64,000 nucleotides of DNA from Obrimoposthia wandeli (Eukaryota), in contig CDROCS010003798.1 of assembly GCA_977020255.1 (NCBI GenBank), positions 124,001 through 188,000 of the forward strand, written 5' to 3'. How positions within the stretch are numbered: the stretch's first letter is position 1; every line of letters begins with the position of its first letter. The notes beneath the pieces are model-generated. The model made no database searches and had not been told where the DNA came from. It worked only from the letters and a program-made list of their open reading frames with translations. Of the stretch, positions 21,783 to 36,700 are shown piece by piece. Both the position numbers and the translations under genes were made by a program.

Positions 21783-24700
21783 CAATTTGCGAATTACACT
21801 TTTGGTTATTTGATCACCAAAACCAAACCAGTTTCTACTGTGATAGGATTCACGACAGTCATTTCTCCTATATATCCATGTTTCGTACACAGTCACGAAT
21901 CTCATCAGGAAATCGATAGTGTTGCATGAATCGAGTAATTCTCCCGATACTCTTTTGTGATTTGCATTATTTGTATAGCACAATAATTAAATTGTCTATA
22001 ATCTTCAAATTTAGATTTGAAATCTTTAAATATGTGTTTATTTGTGGCGGATAAAACTTTAATAGTGCCGAGATTTTCTGGACCTGCTAATATTAAAATG
22101 AAGAAAAAATGTTTTAAAGTTTTATTCTCCACTCACTTCTCTCCATAGACCTTTCATTCGTGGATCATCACAGTTCAGTTGTAAATGATCCACAACAGAA
22201 TCTGCCGTCCAATCAGAGCCATTAAATTTGACACCTTCTTCCTCTTGACCTACTTCAAATGCGTCTGAATGGATGACCTACAAATAAAGGTTTGTCGTGA
22301 CTTAATTTCAAATAAAATTGTAAATAAAATAAAATTAACAAAATAAAAATGATGATGTTGAGTTCCAGAATCGGACAAATTTAATAAAAAAGAATTAAAT
22401 AATTGGCTATATTTATAGTCCTGGACAAGGAAATTTTGTAACCTTGAAAGAGTAAATTAAATTAAATTAAATTATGAAAAAGGGAACAATTTATGGAAAT
22501 TTGGAAATTCCAAGAAATGGAAATTAATTGACCCCATGTGACCGCTGATTCAACAGCATAAATAGACACATGAGGCACCACAACTCGCCAAATACAATAT
22601 ATAATCAGTCGAACAGAAGAACAGGACACAGTAAGGAAGCACATCTGGCCAAAATACAAGTGTTCAGACAGAAGAGGACCGACACAGTAAGAAGAACATG
22701 AAACATACTCCACGACTTGCTTGGATTGTCAAGAGAACAAGAATTGACGAATCATATCGGACCTAGACGAAAATATCCGCCTATTGGTCAGCGAGAATTG
22801 TATAAGAAGAAAGAAGCAGCTCAAGTCAAGACACAGGTTTTCCGACAAAGTGTCGAAGAAATCAAGCGGACGAGGACTTTTCCCACGAGAGGAAAACACG
22901 TCAACAGTACGCAACGAGAAAAGAACGAGGACATCAGACAAACCTGACAGATCAGCTACATACGGCAAGTATATAATTTACTTATAAACTCTTATTATTT
23001 AACGTAATTTGTAATTATCCTGAACACGGATTATTATTTTAATTACTTAACATCCTAATTGTGAACATAGAACTATCCTGAACACGGATAGCTTCTTGTT
23101 GATTAACCGATAAATATCAGGGAAAAACTACTAGCCTGAAACAGGCCGAAGCCTTTTTTAATATCAATTCTTTCCCCACAATAAAATTTGCCTGAACACG
23201 GCACGACAGATCTGCCAGCTACTTCTGGATATAAATTGGACAGAAAGCACGAGATTATTTTTGATATTGTAAACTGATCGTCTTAGTATTCGTCTTAAGC
23301 ACTTTTATTGTACGTTTTATTTTAGTGAATAAATTATTTGTTTCGATTAACATTACATTGTTGAAAGAGTTTAACCGTAGACAATTAGAGACTAGCCCCA
23401 CGTTTAAATCACAGGCACGAAATATCTACAAGTCATAAACTCATAGAATAAGCAGATATTAAGAAAAATAAACATATATCTTCAGATAATTTACGAGACT
23501 AAAAGGGTAGGCAGTCCACACGAGACATATAACTCTAAAGAACTCACGCACCAGAGGCTTCCAAAAGAAGTACTTCAACTCTGGTCCCAACAATGATGAT
23601 CTTGATAATGATTAGGTTGATGACGATGCTTTGTGTATTAATGTTAATGATAGCCATAGTCAAAGTACAGTAAGCTTCCAATTTAATACACACCTCATTT
23701 TTTGCACTTAAGTAGTCCTAAAATGGACCTAATTATTAAAGTCTAGTAGCATATTTTGGTGACTCCAGTTCGTAATATACGTTTTTGACAGCTTCTTAAC
23801 TGTTTATAACATTGTTAAAGTTTTTTATTCATCAGTGGAGTGTCGTAAAAATTCAGAGCATAAATTTCAGATATTCCATCACTCCATTTATTATTTGAAA
23901 ATTTATTGAACAATCTGCAATCATCGTAGTTGATTTTAAAATGCATATGTCTGCTTACTACACCAGGCTCAAGATCGTATAAATATTTGGCTGATGTGAA
24001 AGAACACATTTCTTGATACTATGTAGGAGCTTGAATTCAATTCTGCCATTGATCTGTAACAATAAAACTTCTATAAATACTTGCAATTTCTGTTAGTTGA
24101 ATATAATTCTGGTAGCTTTAATAAAAAAATTCAATCGATTTAATTGTTTTGCTGAAATAATTAACAGTAAAGAAATTTGAATAATCAGTAGTATATTATC
24201 ACTTTATTTTTCAGTCTTTAGTTAAAATATCATTGAATTGTTAAAATGATAAAATCAACCTCATATTCATTAAAAGTTACTGATATTTTAAGTTTGCGTT
24301 AAGAATTACATGAAAGTAAAATTTATTGCTGTGATTTTGATAATAATCAAAAGCATTGTTTAATTTTTCAATAGTTTTATTTTCGATCATTTAATATTAA
24401 ATTGGTGGTGAGAAATAATATGAAAATGCAATAATAAGAAGGAAATTAAAAGAAACTAAATTCTCACTAAAGGCTTATTCATTAGATTCCAGAGTTCTTC
24501 GACGCTTTCAACTTGTGGAAGATCCAGTACTGAAAATGAAGTTGAATAAGTGTTTCTGATATTTTATAAAAATAAATAATTATGTGGAACTTAAACATGA
24601 AAAATGGAGACGATGAATGGTTACATTATCCCAAAACGGAAACATGGCCTAAAATACTCATAAGATATATTCCAATGCGTGTTGATGATCTGATTGAAGA

Positions 24701-27700
24701 CACACAAAGTAGATTAAAGTAGATTTTTGAGAAGTAAATACGAAATTTTTATGATACAAATTAAATTGAATATATTTATAATTTTTTGTTGTGTTTTTAG
24801 TGTTGAAATACATAAATATATTCATTTGTACTAAGCGTTGCGGTAAGTTAATCTAAATATGCACCGAACTCCCAAACGTTCTCATATTGAGATTATGTTT
24901 TAAAAAGAAAAGAACATAATTTTAATAAAATTATTTAGATTTATACGTCAATTATTGGTATGTCCGTCTTTAGAGGGGAAATAAATTTATCATACAAAAA
25001 CAACCCAATGGTAAATATAACAATAATTAAAACAACAATAACACAGTTCCTAGTATCTAACATATTTTTAAAAGCATTTTAAAATTTTATCAAAAATGAT
25101 GACATTTCGAGGCTCTAAAAATCTCACCACAACCTTACCTTAATTTTAGGTAGCTAGTCAAAGCTAGTGGCACAGAAAAACTTAATTTTTACGTTGCCTG
25201 TTTTTCATAATGTTAGGTCCAGAAGAAAATTAGCTACCGCAACCGGAAATTATTCACAGGTCACTACATGTAAGTCGTACATCCTACCACTGAACTATCG
25301 CGGCTTGTAATCTCTCCCATTAACACAACTAAGAATTTATCAATGGGAACATGCTTTTATAATTGAAAGTTAATGATTTTTATCAAATATGTTTCTTAAT
25401 ATAGAAAGTTAACATGTTTACTTTGCTTATATATTATGTGTCGATTTCATTTTAATCTCGCTGCAGTTTAGTCAATCAAATACTGAAGAGCTTCTTCACG
25501 AAAGGCAGAAAATCGTGTTGCCGCTTTTCCTTTTTTGTTTTGTCTGATTTAGAGATGTAAAGAACATTTCATCACTTCTGTAAAGATCATCTACACAAAC
25601 ATCATAATTTCCACATCTTTTATATATAATATACACACTCCTACAATTACACTAAATGTCACATGTACATAACCGTTTCAAATCAGTGAAATGGATTTTT
25701 GAGGCCTGATTGGTCAATAAAAATTTAAAAACAGAAAATATTATATAACCATTATAATTTTCAATGATTACACTCTGTGTAACTTACTAAGTTACATAAA
25801 GAAAGTGATACATTTTTAAAAGATCCACATTTTAGTCGAATTTAAAGCTTGATGAAACGGAATTCTAAAGTATGTGAAACATTTATTTGATAAATTATTA
25901 GCACAAATTCTCATTTTAGCAGACTCTTGGAAGACTGTTAAAATCACTGAATGTTTCCCAATTTTCTATTTCAATTTTCTTAACACTTGTTTTTGTTTTA
26001 TAGTCTTAGATTAAAAGATAATTCATCAAAATCTGTCGTAAAAAGTTTTTAATTTTCAATTTAAATTGTTTTTGATATTTAAAATCAATCTATTAAGCTA
26101 TTAATTCTAACTTAGTAAGTTCCTTTTAACTTAGTAAGTTTCTAAAATATTGTGCCTCTCGGTAGGTTTTCATTGGATTGTTCTTTTTGCAAATTCGTGT
26201 ATGTTTGTAGTATTTTATTTTTACATTTAAAAGTCTTTAAGTTTGTGATTGATTTTTGTAGATAGAATCTTCAACTTTTTTTAATATACTACGATGCTAG
26301 ACGATTCTAATACTCTTGGATGTTTAAATTAAATCTTAAAATTTGTAGTTAAGCTGCTAATTGTTTATCAACATTAGATCAATTACTACATGCAATATTA
26401 TACTAATGTAATAAAATAAGTTTTTTGTTTTATTTTTTAAAGATCAAATTTTACCATTTTCTTTCTGTTTCTTTTGGTTTAAATTTTTTCATTTCTGTTA
26501 ATCTTTACTTAATTGCATTTAAATATTTCGGTATTAAGATTAGAGCGATTTTCAGAAATAAAACAAAGTCAAAAAAGCATTTTAAAAAGCATTTCATAAC
26601 AAATACGTATTTTTAAACCAATATTTGGGAAATTTATTATTTTTCGCGTTTATTTACTCAATCTCTAATTCGAAGCTAAAATCAAACTCAATTAACAAAA
26701 GCAAATAATGGTATTTTCCCAAATGGATAGGTATACAAAACTAACGAAAATCTTTGAGATATATTTACTTCTCGTGACCTCCGACTTTCTGGTCGTCCTC
26801 ATCTGGCGAACAGATAATATCTCCCTCACACGGCTCAAAGTTGCCCCCTTGGATTCTTATTTAGTGATAAGTATGGCAGTTTTTATAACCTAAACATTCG
26901 GGAAAAAATGACTTTTACCTAAGTATATATAATATAAATATAATATCAATGAATTCATGCTTACCTTTAGCATATATTTAGATAATATATTTAGATAATA
27001 ATATAGAATATTTAAACAAATGATAAACCTTTAATAATATTGTTGAACTTTTTGTTGTAGTTGTAATTACAATGACTATTAAGTCATGACTATTAAGATT
27101 TCATGATAAAAATTATGACTTTTTATGATATATCATAAAACAGCACCCTAGTGATAAGTTTTCACTTATAATTTATTCATTTTAAAATACATCTTAAACC
27201 ACTCCGTCCGTTTTATTTTAATTCAACTTTTTATTTAAGCGAACTGTACAACACAAATGATAAAAAATATATTGAAGTACAAAATTGTATTTTATTAAAA
27301 GAAAAATTCTTACGTTTCATGGACTTTAGGAAATCTTCCAGATATTGTAAGATCCAACTTTTGGCCGTGGCTATTTCCACAGGGTCGGGAATTTCTGTCT
27401 CTAATCTGGCCTTGTACCTGTAATTAAACCAAATTAATTATTGATGACGTAAAATTAAATTGATAAACTTTCTAAGTAACCATTTACTAAAATGTTAATG
27501 GTTTTCAAAACTATCCATTGTTGCCGTATGTTTTCGATAAAAGAAGTTAAAAAATATTATAAAAACTGTAATTTGTTTAAATAAAAATAATCAAATTTGT
27601 GATTTTTAATAGTTTATAATTATTCAAAACTATCCAAAAATAACCCGAGAACATCAAAACTCAACGGGTGAATTATTAGTAGAAATCAGTTAAATTTTGA

Positions 27701-30700
27701 GTCACTTTTTTTAAATGAAAAATGTATCAAAATTGGGTTCTAAATTTTGATTATTTCCTTACAATGAAACGTACTTTAGGTGTCATAAAAATTAAGAGTT
27801 CGCAATTTGTATAAAAATTATGAAATGAATTCTACATATAAAAGTTATTTCATTATCTGGTAGTTTTCAGTATTTAAAAAGTTATCGAAAGAAATATTTA
27901 TGTGATAAATTTATAAATGTGTTTAAATATATTAAATTATAGAAACACTAATTATTGATTATATGAATAAATACCAAATAAAAATTAATTTAATGAATAT
28001 TAAATTGTTATTGGTTTAAAATAAAACCTTACAAATTCCTATTGGATTTTAAAATTCGCAACACTATTTCAACTAGTGTGCTTAAATATTTGGATTTCAA
28101 TTATTTCAATTAAACCAAATCATAAAATTTATTTTATAAAAATTTATACATATAACTATTTTATTATAAATAAATAGCAGCTAAAACTACATTTTTAAAA
28201 TTACAAAATATTTTGTTTATCATATACTAAAATTTCACCGAGTTCTTTTTGACCTTTCTAAACGTTTCCTTGTTAGATATATTAGTTTGAAGTTATATTC
28301 AAACTTACGTTCAAAACCGGCAACAAAGACGCTATTTAAGAAGTGGCTTCTGTTTGAAAAGCCCCCTTTTGGGGTTTATGAGGTATGTAGTAGTTATATT
28401 GTTGTTCTAACTAGTTGTTCTTTTTATTATGTAGTCTTTTGGTTATTTTAACTATGTTGTTAAACCTCTACATTTGGGTGGAATCTGGGGTTATTTTTAT
28501 TTGAGGTTTCTAATTTTATTTTCGTGGTGGTTTTAGAAATAAAATACCTCTTTATATAGAGAAGTGTTTATTTTTTAAATTCTTTATATTTTTATATTTT
28601 GATAGTTTAAAACAAAAAAAAACTAATTTTTGCTTGATAAATCAAGAAACCACTATTATTGTAAAAAAAAAATAATTTGGTTTATAAGCTTATAAAAAGT
28701 ATTGAATTCTTACTTCATTGGAAAAGAAAATTTATTTCTTCTAACTCGAGTGGTTCAATTTTCTAAACTTGTTTTTAGTTTGTTTAATTTTGTTGTTGTA
28801 TTTTTTATGATTTGTTTGTTTGTGTTTTTATTTAATTTTTCTATGACGTTTCTAATATATAAATGATAATATCACATATTTTTCATTGTTATATATCATC
28901 ATTAATTTTTTATTTCAATTTTCAAAATATTTTATTTTAAGTAGATATATAGAGAAATTTTAATAATATTTATGTGTTGATGACTAAATGCTGATTAGGC
29001 AATTTTTTCAGTCAAAATTTAGTAAACATTTAAATGTCCATTGAATTTGGTCAATTGATCGCCGAGATTTGAAAATAATGGTTATTATTGCATTTTAGTA
29101 CTGGTTGTGTGTCTGTCTATATAATAGCTAGGTATTTTGTGATTCAGTACAGTTTTTGTAGCAGTGTATTTTAGTGATTTTGGCAACTCGACAAAAATAA
29201 AGCTTACATTTAGTTTGCTATAATACAGCGAAGAATGTAATTTTAAAGAAACTTCCAAATGAACATTTCAGAAAAACGAATGCATAGAGTTAAAACTAAC
29301 TTTAATCAACCTACACGCAAAGTCGAGAAAATTATATGTTTACCACCAGCAATTATGAATTTTAACAATTCACATGTTTGTTTTTGTAATTTAAATAATA
29401 TTCATTCTTCAGTTTTTTATTAAGTTTATGTTTCATTCAATTCAGGAATCAGTTACATGTAAGCTTGTTTTCTACGTATATAAGGTGTATTTTCTTTTTT
29501 GACAGAAGTTTTCAAATGATCGTAGTTTTTGGGATAATAAAAAAAGTTATTTTATTTATAAAATTGAAAAGCTGAAGAAGACCTGATATCAGAAGAAAAT
29601 ATGCATGAAATAATTTAATTAGTACATATGGGAAAAATTAACCGAGAATTTCAGATACCATTTACGACAATCAATCATAGATTAACAAAACCAAAGACAA
29701 ATTTAAAAAAAAGGATGTTAGAGTTTTAAATACAAAAAAGCGAATTTCAGACCAATCTATTAACAATAGTTATAATGTACTTGTTTCTTTATATGGCATC
29801 CAGAGACATTTCAAATTAAAAATTACAATGAACCTACGAAATTCTTGATTAAATTAAATAAACAACATCGACTATATAGAGTCAGTATGATCGAAAACTG
29901 GTTTCAAGGAATAAATTTCGAGAGTCAATTTTAGTGACAAAAAATTATCCAAGTTGAATGGACCGGATAATTGAAAGAAGTGGAGGCTAAAATTTGACCC
30001 ATCATTTAGAATGCAACGACAGGCAATCAGTGGAGGACTTATGATTTTCGATTAAATCCCTTGTGATCGACTCTTAATTCCGTTATCTATCGAAGTATTG
30101 TTTATGAAAGTATTCATATGAGAGATTTGATCAAAAGGTTTTATAAAACAAATGAGTAAGTGTAAAAATAATTATTAAATCGTTATAACTAATTTGAAAA
30201 ATTATTAAGCTAGAATTTAAAAATTTGATAAAGGAATTTTATACAAACTGGGATTTATTATTTAGCAATTAAAATGAACACATTGTCAATTTCAAAGTCT
30301 TCTATGATTTTATCTATATTACAATTAATATTTAATTCCAATGTTGTCAGTGTTATAACAAGCTGGGCTTGAAAGAAACATTTGGAAGGAAATTAACAAA
30401 TGGACAGAACAATTGATCACCATCTCCCAAAGAAAGCTGAATGAACGAGCTGACACAATGTAAGAAACAGTGTGGAAAATCCACTATGGATATTTTGTCC
30501 ATGAATGGTAGAGACCGACGTATTGTGCTGATATACCAGCTCCTCGCGTGGTTTTCAATTGTCTGGGTTAGCATAACGACAATTCCATATTGAATCTATA
30601 CTCTTGCACCAACAATGGTCTCAACTAGTCCCAGAAATAGGATGATTACTAGACAACAAATCTATATCGGATAGTTTTCTGTTGTCTATTTATTTGAAAG

Positions 30701-33700
30701 ACGTAAAGTTTAATAGCATATATTGAAGAATATTTTAATCGATATCAGAATCATAATGATTCATTTACAAATTTCATTCCGGGCCCTTTTAATACGTTTA
30801 CCAGTTTTTAAATAAACTTAAATATATTACATTTTGTTATTTATAAAAATATATTTTACTAATTTACAATTTTTATTTAAACTTTTACATTATATTAATT
30901 TATTGTGGAAATTTATTAAAAAATAATTTTATTATAAATGATGCATGTAAAATTTGTTGTAAGTTGGTATAATAAATATAAGACAAACTAACTTTGTAAA
31001 ATTCCAACATACGACAAAACTGTTCAAAAATATTCAAATATTTGTCTTTAATAAAAGCGGGAAAACGTTTATAAAAATGTTTTAGACTTTGTAATTTTTA
31101 TGAAGTAAAACAAAAAACGTTAAAATTGTAAACAATGAACAGTTAAACTACACTTATTTATAATTTAATCTTCACGACGAAAAACTGAAAACAAAGTCGT
31201 TGTGATATACATTTATGAATGAAAAGCAACTTTTCAATTTAAATATAACTCTAATTGTTTATTGAATTTTTAAGTGATGCAAAATAAAAATTGCAAAATT
31301 GTTTCAATGGTTTATATAATGTTTACTCTCTAATGTTATAAGCATTGATAGGAGGACCAAATAAACTCAAAATCAGAAAATTTAATTTAATATGTAATGC
31401 ATTTATGCTAGCCAAAATAAAATTGCAAAACATTAAAAATATTTGAAAAACCAAAGTTATAACTACATTTATATATTAATTTCCAAGCTTTAGTAGTGGT
31501 ATCATTGCCTTTATTTATCAAACACTTAACCAGTCTTTGAGGAAAGGATTCGTATAGGGATTTAATGAATGTCAGATGGATGCTGTCCCAAGCTTTTATT
31601 ATTTATCTTTGTCGTAGTTTTGCTTGCCATGTTCGTATAATTTGTTTGACATCATAGCCCATACATTTTCTAAGCTGTTTAGATCTGGACTTTGAGGGGA
31701 GCATTTTAAAGAATCTTTCTTTTGTTCTTGAAGCCATTTTTAATAATTTTAGCACTATGAACTGGAGAATCATCTTGCTGGAAAACCGAATTATTTGATA
31801 GCATTAAAATTAGCAATGTTTCTAATATAGATTTAAATTCGGGACTCTGTAATGTTCCATTTACAACTGCTAACTCGCTTTTTACATTATACCCAATGGC
31901 ACCCCAAACCATAACTATACCTCCTTCCAACTTATATCATTTGCCTTCATATAATTTCGGATGGTTTGGCAAGACACCTTGATATCTAATGTACTTCGTT
32001 GTGCATGGAATTGAATTAACTAGCATTTTTTATTTGACGAAGTGTTCTATCCAACAGTATCCGTGTACTTCGACGAGTTTCTTTTTTATAACACATCTTC
32101 GTTTAACATAACGATATTAAGTTGAAAGATTTCGTCCTAAAACACATGAAATCTTGGATGGGTTAATTTTCAATCTCAGAAGAATAGTTATTGTAAATTT
32201 TGCTTATTTCGACAAATGCTTTGATAAACCCATCTTAATATGATTGCTAAATACATAGTTAAGGTAAAATGTACAGAAACTTACGTTTATTAGCCTTAAA
32301 ATATTAATGAGATCAGGCCCAGCGAGATCAGATCGAGCTCTAGAAGCAAGCTGCAAAGTTGTGAGATTGGTAGCTAAAACCGAAAAGCCCTACACAATTT
32401 CTGAATCACTCATTTAATCAGCTTGTGTGGGAATTGGCAAAACCATGTGGCGATCAATGAAGCAAAATAATTGACCATGTAGTTAAGGTAAAATGTACAA
32501 AAACTTACGTTTATTAGCCTTAAAATTTTATTTAACAAGATTTTGCAATTTTTATTTTGCTACTTTATATGCGATATATTATACTCGATATATAGATTCA
32601 AATTAATTTATAATGTATTATAAGTAATAATGTATTAAATTTAGAAGTTTAAGCGTAATTTCATAAATTTATTAAGTGTCATTTGTATTTGAAAGTAAAA
32701 TTGCAAAATGTTACTGTTATAATTTGAAATGTATTTAACTTTAAAATATTTTTTATTTTTGCATTTATATTTTTGCAGAGTGCATATAAGGTCTTTGAAA
32801 TTAAACCACTATACTTCAAGTGGATGTACCACTTACTTTTATTTTTAAAAATAACAATAATATAGCAATCATATCTAACGAATATTCTAATTGTCTGGGT
32901 TAAATATTCTTCTTTTTAATATTTTCTGAATAGTAAAGTCGTTAGCTAATTCCTGAATTTTTAAAGATTATTACAGTTTTTATATCCATCGGTAGTCTGT
33001 TGTAAATATTTTGGAGCGTAAATTTTAAATATTCAATCACTCAGTTTGTTATTTGATTTTACCAGACTAGAGAAAATCACTTATATTTGGGCTTAGGATA
33101 TTAAATTCATTCTAGGTACTTTTCTGCGGTCAATGAACATGCTCCCTTTTACTAGCACTCTCATTTAATTATATTTCTTATGGTTTTGTTTTTTAAAGCT
33201 AGAATAAAATATTAGACAGTAAATAATTTTGAAAAATAAAGTATTAATCTAATTATTGCATGGGTTAACATTATATTTACTGCAGTAGTAGGTATTTCTT
33301 AACATGTTCTTATCCCTTTATTAATTTGACTACTCATTGCGAAATTTTCATTATATCTACTGCCATGTGACAGATCAAATATATTAACATTTTTCATTTA
33401 TAATTTACATTTATGAAAAAAATTGACATTGATAAAACTTGATGAATTAATGCAGCAATATAATATCAGTGAATAAAAAAGAATACTGATCACGAATGTT
33501 GATGAAATTTCTGACAGTGACAATTAATATAATGAAGAAGTTATTTAAACTGTTAAACCTAAAATGATAAATGATCACATAAATGTTAGATTAAAACAGT
33601 GTTAAACAGTGATATGACAGCTTTTTCAGTTGCCAGCGTTCGTATATTCACCAATATATAGCAAAACAAATTGAATTCCCAAATTCTCTGGACTAGTGTT

Positions 33701-36700
33701 CTTTTTCTGATATTATTATTATTCGAAAACGGTACATGGTCAATAATTTTGCTTCATTGATCGCCACATGGTTTTGCCAATTCCCACACAAGCTGATTAA
33801 ATGAGTGACTCAGAAATTGTGTAGGGCTTTTCGGTTTTAGCTACCAATCTCACGACTCTGCAGCTTGCTTCTAGAGCTCGATCTGATCTCGCTGGGCCTG
33901 ATCTCATGGCAGAACTTCGCGTTTGAATGTGATTCGCAGACGCTTGAATAGTTAATATCCTTAATTATGTACGAAGAATGTTTGGTACAAAGGTGCCAAT
34001 GGCTTCATTGCTTCATTTGAGAACTTTTCCCGAAACTCACAATGGGAAGAATTTTTGGAACCAACTTAACCAATTTATGTTATCCTCAGTTTGAGAGTTA
34101 TGTTGCACTGTTAGATATATTTCATTGGCTCACTTTCTTTGTCAGGCGAATCTGACGACTTCTCAGTTATTTTTAAATATTTATACATGTGAAAAGCAGA
34201 TTTAAAGTATCATATATGTTCATTGCAGAAATAACCGTAGCGATATTTTAAATGGTCTTCTGTAGAAAATGGTTTTATCATTCGAAAGATACACTTATAT
34301 TTTCATATTCAGCAAATGATCGCATCTAAATGTCTTGCTGAAATTAAAGCAAAGCAACTAAAAATTGAAAAGCATCTTAATGGGTTACGACTATTAAAGT
34401 TTTCAAAATTTAATATAATAAATTATAAAAGTTTAAAAATCAGTTAATAATATCGTTCACTAATTACTTATGATAATTTCAACAACAAAACATATTAAGA
34501 AAAATGCAGCAGCTTCGTCATATTAAAATTCTTATTTTTGTATTTATTAAAATAAAATAGTTGTAAGTTTATTTTGTTGAAATCATATTACCAAATTATA
34601 CCATTGGACATTTAGAACATTAATTTTTCGCGGAACATTTCTGGAACTCCTCTTTGAGGTCTCTTCCATATGTTAAAGCCACATTCATCAATATAAATAC
34701 ATTGCTTCGTGGTCCATTTTTCTTCAATTAAGCACTTCACATAATCTCGACAAAGCCTTTAACACTTTCAAAGTTTTTCTCTGTGACAGAAGTTCAAACA
34801 AATTTGAAACTGTAAAGCTTTAAATAATTCGCTACAGTGTTATTGGAGCAAGTTATGGAAAACTTCTGACCCAAAATTAGCGCCATATGATCGAGGGTAT
34901 GTTCTATGAAAATATGTTCTATAATATAAGCTAAACATGAAATCACATATGGTACCTTGTTTGTGTGTGAGCCTATGTTTTTATCACCGTTGATTAGAGG
35001 TATCATGGTTAGTTTTAAAGTTAGTGTACGGAATCCTATAGTAAGTCTTTTTTATTTTACCTAAACTTATAATAATTCATTATAGATTATGCACAATTCT
35101 GACGATTGTCACCTATGACTTGAATTAGGTGACACCTCCTTTTACTTTTAGAAACTTTTCCGAAAAGTCACACATAACTATGCCAATTGCAACACCATCG
35201 TCATTTTTTTTACTGACAATCTGTCTATACTTCACTGACAAATGCAGGTATCTTAATTTTATTGGCCTATTTCATGACAGATCAAAATTATTCAATATTA
35301 CTTATGAAGCATATTATTAGATAAGCATTTAATTTCACTGTTAATGACTAAAACTGGTACATTAAACACGAGATTAAAATCGTACAAAACGTTTAAACGG
35401 TAAACACGCCCGTACTTAGTAGTTAAGTTCATTGTCGCTGTATGTATGAATGTCCAGTTAGACGGACTAAAAGTAAAAAAATATTTGATTAGCTCTCCAA
35501 GATATTTGCATTTATGAAATATTGATAGTGTTAAAACTGATAGTATTATCGAACCTTAGGAAAGATTCCCCAATGGATGTGGTTGAGCGACCAGTTTGCT
35601 CTGCATCATTGGATTGGTTGGCACTAGGTGGTTCCACCTCGATTACGATTGTGGACGGTTCCGAATCAATCGAATGACGTTTCTGGGACAAGGGTAAGAA
35701 TTCTACTTCAGTATCATTACCGTTCCAGTTATTTCATCTAAGTACTGTTATTAAACTATGTCACTTGGGATGAAAGCAGAACGTTTCCGACAGAGACGTT
35801 TCGGATTTTTGGTAAAAATTGCTGTTCTTTCTAATAAATGTTTTGGTCAATTTATAAATATTTTCATTATTTTAGTTAATTATATTTAATAAATACATGA
35901 TTGAACTGATATTTTGTTTAAATATATTCTTATAAATTTTTTTCCGAATTGAATAATTCTAAATTTTCTTTTTACAAATTGACTCAAATTTATTTTATTA
36001 TAAATTTGTTAGACTTAGAAAAAAGGAAAATGAAAATATCAAAATAAGAATGTATACTAAATAAAAAACTTTCTAAATTGAAGGTTATAGAATAATAAAA
36101 TTAAGATAAAAAATTCTTTGATAATAAAAAGGCAGCAAAAAATTAAAAACTTAAAAGGCCATGAATATGAGTCTATAAGTTAAGAGAAACAAATTTAAAA
36201 AAGTCCGAGGAAAAGGTATTAAGTAAGGAATCTCGGAGAAACTATGTGAAATCCACAGCATCCAGTTGATCAGCTAAACGTCTGCATCAACATAGTAGAT
36301 AATGACATTCGATCGAACAATTATTCCAACGAGAAAACCCCAACAAATTGACTCAAATATAATTTTATTTTATTTTAAATTGACTCAATTTTTTCAACTA
36401 ACTTTTTCTTATAAATGTGACTCAAATCAAAATTTTCGGAAAACTATCTATTTCTTATAAATAAAATCTATTGGAAAGAAATCTAATTTATATCAAAAAT
36501 CTGAAAATTTCGACATGTAGTACTTTTAAATATGGCCAGTCCGAAACGTTCGTGCACCATTAATACCTGTACCAGTAAATTAAGGATTTTCAAGTACATT
36601 GTTTAATTAGCGAAAATTTGCTAACATTTTAACTAAAAAGGGTCTCCAATTCATGTTCAGTACTACACACGACATTTATATTATATTTGACTTTTGTTAT

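Noticed and set aside
23815-24009. Tubulin-like fragment (DLEPGV...NNKW)
   Set aside because: Spacing is wrong and no GGGTGSG motif follows; likely chance.
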